DNA of 64,000 nt from Squalus acanthias (lineage: Eukaryota), in NCBI GenBank assembly GCA_030390025.1, contig JASTWF010000034.1, positions 2,542,001 to 2,606,000 on the forward strand. The letters run 5' to 3'. Below are positions 60,301-64,000 of this stretch, one piece after another; within the stretch, counting starts at the first letter, position 1; the number at the start of each line of letters is the position of its first letter. The notes under the pieces were generated by a model. The model was not told the DNA's origin. It ran no database searches and worked only from the letters and a program-made list of their open reading frames with translations. A program made the translations under genes and the position numbers.

Positions 60301-63300
60301 TATCTCTTTAAAAAGTATGTGTGACGGGCCCTGTCTGTTTATAATACCAGTGTCACTGGTCCTGTCTCTTTAAATAGCCTGTGTGACTGGTCCTGTCTCT
60401 TTAAAAGCACTGTGTGCCTGGTTCTGTCTCTTTAAAAAGCCTGTGTGACTGGTCCTGTCTCTTTAAAACGCCTGTGTGACTGCTAACGTCTCTTTAAAAA
60501 GCCTGTATCACTGGTACTGTCTCTTTAAAAAGCCTGTGTGGCTGGTGCTTTCTCTTTAAAATGCTGTGTGACTGGTCCTCTCTCTTTAAAAGGACTGTGT
60601 GACTAGTCCTGTCTCTTTAAAAGGACTGTGTGACTGGTTCTGTTTCTTTAAAAAGACTGTGTGACTGGTTCTGTCTCTTTAAAAAGCCTGTGTGACTGGT
60701 CCTGTCTCTTTAAAAAGCCTGTGTGTATAGTGCTGTCTCTTTAAAAATTATGTGTGACTGGTCCTGTCTCTTTAAAAAGTCTGTGTGACGGGCCCTGTCT
60801 CTTTATAATACCAGTGTCACTGGTCCTGTCTTTTTAAATATCCTGTGTGACCGGTCCTGTTTCTTTAAAAAGACTGTGTGGCTGGTGCTGTCTCTTTAAA
60901 AGGACTTTGTGACTGGTTCTGTCTCTTTAAAAGGCCTGTGTGACTGGTGCTGTCTCTTTAAATACCTGTGTGACTGGTCCTGTCTCTTTAAAAGGACTGT
61001 GTGACTGGTTCTGTCTCTTTAAAAAGCCTGTGTGACTGGTCCTGTCTCTTTAAAAAAACTGTGTCACTGGTCCTGTTTCTTTAAAAAGCCTGTGTGAATA
61101 GTGCTGTCTCTTTAAAAATTATGTGTGACTGGTGCTGTCTCTTTAAAAGGAGTTTGTGACTGGTTCTGTCTCTTTAAAAAGCCTGTGTGACTGATCCTGT
61201 CTCTTTAAAAAGCCTGTGTGACTGGTCCTGTCTCTTCAAAAAACCTGTGTGACCGGTCATGTCTCTTTAAAATGCCTGTGTGACCGGTGCTGTCTCTTTA
61301 AAAATTCTGTGTGACTGGTCCTGTATCTTTAAAAAGCCTGCGTGACTGGTCCTGTCTCTTTAAAAAGCCTGTGTGACTGGTCCTGTCACTTTAGAAAGCC
61401 TGTGTGACTGGTCCTGTCTCTTTAAAAAGCCTGTGTGACTGGTTCTGTCTCTTCGAAAAGCCTGAGTGACAGGTGCTGACTCTTTAAAAAGCCTGTGTCA
61501 CTGGTCTTGTCTCTTTAAAAAGCCTGCGTGACTGGTTCTGACTCTTTAAAAAGCCTGTGTTACTGGTGCTGTGTATTTAAAAAGGCTGTGTGACTGGTTC
61601 TGTCTGTTTAAAAAGCATGTGTAACTGGTGCTGTTTCTTTAAAAAGCCTGTGTGACTGGTCCTGTATCTATAAAAAGCCTGTGTGACTGGTCCTGTCTCT
61701 TTAAAAAGCCTGTGTGACTGGTCCTGTCTCTTTCAAAAGCCTGCGTGACTGGTCCTGTCTCTTTAAAACGCCTGTGTGACTGCTAACGTCTCTTTAAAAA
61801 GCCTGTATCACTGGTACTGTCTCTTTAAAAAGCCTGTGTGGCTGGTGGTTTCTCTTTAAAATGCTGTGTGACTGGTCCTCTCTCTTTAAAAGGACTGTGT
61901 GACTAGTCCTGTCTCTTTAAAAGGACTGTGTGACTGGTTCTGTTTCTTTAAAAAGACTATGTGACTGGTGCTGTCTCTTTAAATACCTGTGTGACTGGTC
62001 CTGTCTCTTTAAAAGCACTGTGTGCCTGGTTCTGTCTCTTTAAAAAGCCTGTGTGACTGGTCCTGTCTCTTTAAAACGCCTGTGTGACTGCTAACGTCTC
62101 TTTAAAAAGCCTGTATCACTGGTACTGTCTCTTTAAAAAGCCTGTGTGGCTGGTGCTTTCTCTTTAAAATGCTGTGTGACTGGTCCTCTCTCTTTAAAAG
62201 GACAGTGTGACTAGTCCTGTCTCTTTAAAAGGACTGTGTGACTGGTTCTGTTTCTTTAAAAAGACTGTGTGACTGGTTCTGTCTCTTTAAAAAGCCTGTG
62301 TGACTGGTCCTGTCTCTTTAAAAAGCCTGTGTGTATAGTGCTGTCTCTTTAAAAATTATGTGTGACTGGTCCTGTCTCTTTAAAAAGTCTGTGTGACGGG
62401 CCCTGTCTCTTTAAAAAGCCTGTGTGAATAGTGCTGTCTCTTTAAAAATTATGTGTGACTGGTCCTGTCTCTTCAAAAAGCCTGTGTGACTGGTTCTGTC
62501 TCTTTAAAAAGCCTGTGTGACTGGTCCTGTCTCTTTAAAAAGCCTGTGTGAATAGTGCTGTCTCTTTAAAAATTATGTGTGACTAGTCCTGTCTCTTTAA
62601 AAAGCCTGTGTGACTGGTCCTATCTCTTTAAAAAGTATGTGTGACGGGCCCTGTCTGTTTATAATACCAGTGTCACTGGTCCTGTCTCTTTAAATAGCCT
62701 GTGTGACTGGTCCTGTCTCTTTAAAAGCACTGTGTGCCTGGTTCTGTCTCTTTAAAAAGCCTGTGTGACTGGTCCTGTCTCTTTAAAACGCCTGTGTGAC
62801 TGCTAACGTCTCTTTAAAAAGCCTGTATCACTGGTACTGTCTCTTTAAAAAGCCTGTGTGGCTGGTGCTTTCTCTTTAAAATGCTGTGTGACTGGTCCTC
62901 TCTCTTTAAAAGGACTGTGTGACTAGTCCTGTCTCTTTAAAAGGACTGTGTGACTGGTTCTGTTTCTTTAAAAAGACTGTGTGACTGGTTCTGTCTCTTT
63001 AAAAAGCCTGTGTGACTGGTCCTGTCTCTTTAAAAGGACTGTGTGACTGGTTCTGTCTCTTTAAAAAGCCTGTGTGACTGGTCCTGTCTGTTTAAAAAAA
63101 CTGTGTCACTGGTCCTGTTTCTTTAAAAAGCCTGTGTGAATAGTGCTGTCTCTTTAAAAATTATGTGTGACTGGTCCTGTCTCTTCAAAAAGCCTGTGTG
63201 ACTGGTTCTGTCTCTTTAAAAAGCCTGTGTGACTGGTCCTGTCTCTTTAAAAAGCCTGTGTGAATAGTGCTGTCTCTTTAAAAATTATGTGTGACTGGTC

Positions 63301-64000
63301 CTGTCTCTTTAAAAAGCCTGTGTGACTGGTCCTGTCTCTTTAAAAAGTCTGTGTGACGGGCCCTGTCTCTTTATAATACCAGTGTCACTGGTCCTGTCTC
63401 TTTAAATATCCTGTGTGACCGGTCCTGTTTCTTTAAAAAGACTGTGTGACTGGTGCTGTCTCTTTAAAAGGACTTTGTGACTGGTTCTGTCTCTTTAAAA
63501 AGCCTGTGTGACTGATCCTGTCTCTTTAAAAAGCCTGTGTGACTGGTCCTGTCTCTTCAAAAAACCTGTGTGACCGGTCATGTCTCTTTAAAATGCCTGT
63601 GTGACCGGTGCTGTCTCTTTAAAAATTCTGTGTGACTGGTCCTGTATCTTTAAAAAGCCTGCGTGACTGGTTCTGTCTCTTTAAAAAGCCTGTGTGACTG
63701 ATCCTGTCTCTTTAAAAAGCCTGTGTGACTGGTCCTGTCTCTTCAAAAAACCTGTGTGACCGGTCATGTCTCTTCGAAAAGCCTGAGTGACAGGTGCTGA
63801 CTCTTTAAAAAGCCTGTGTCACTGGTCCTGTCTCTTTAAAAAGCCTGCGTGACTGGTTCTGACTCTTTAAAAAGCCTGTGTTACTGGTGCTGTGTATTTA
63901 AAAAGGCTGTGTGACTGGTTCTGTCTCTTTAAAAAGCATGTGTAACTGGTGCTGTTTCTTTAAAAAGCCTGTGTGACTGGTCCTGTATCTATAAAAAGCC
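51398..64000 (+). repeat. 31-bp satellite array 2, main part (about 400 monomers, open at the window end) with higher-order repeats
   Basis: Continuous monomers; rare variants recur at 1667-1668 bp and 2320 bp spacing. Confidence 0.98.

Noticed and set aside
51398..64000. RAG recombination-signal resemblance (CACAG and AAAAAGCC) in the satellite monomer
   Set aside because: The heptamer-like and nonamer-like parts lie on opposite strands and abut each other, which does not fit 12/23 spacing.

Overview
This is eukaryotic DNA, almost certainly from a shark or other cartilaginous fish, judging by the HE1 V-SINE, Deu-domain SINEs, CR1, L2 and Penelope retroelements. It is mostly repeats. There are no prokaryotic features, no CRISPR array and no rRNA or tRNA genes. 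The gene content is: exon 1 of a rhodopsin-class GPR139-like GPCR (15188-15410, minus); a C2H2 zinc-finger pseudogene (about 24.0-24.7 kb, minus); and a frameshifted exon 2 of a second GPR139-like GPCR (33443-34339, minus). The exons lie in the wrong order for a single gene. Together with a segmental duplication (about 224-6240 vs 37945-45560, each copy followed by the same 31-bp satellite), this suggests a tandem GPCR array of about 38-39 kb period whose single intron is filled with satellite (more than 29 kb in the right-hand copy). Other notable items: a 3.9-kb CpG-rich 27-bp array of YY1-like motifs just downstream of the GPCR stop; tandem duplication of the exon-1 end with its splice donor; Penelope-derived hairpins carrying minimal hammerhead motifs; and a near full-length young CR1 with a 76-bp monomeric 5' end and a doubled 3' terminus. 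The large satellite shows 1.67-kb and 2.32-kb higher-order repeats. All coordinates were read by eye and degraded-element edges are approximate. No database search was run.
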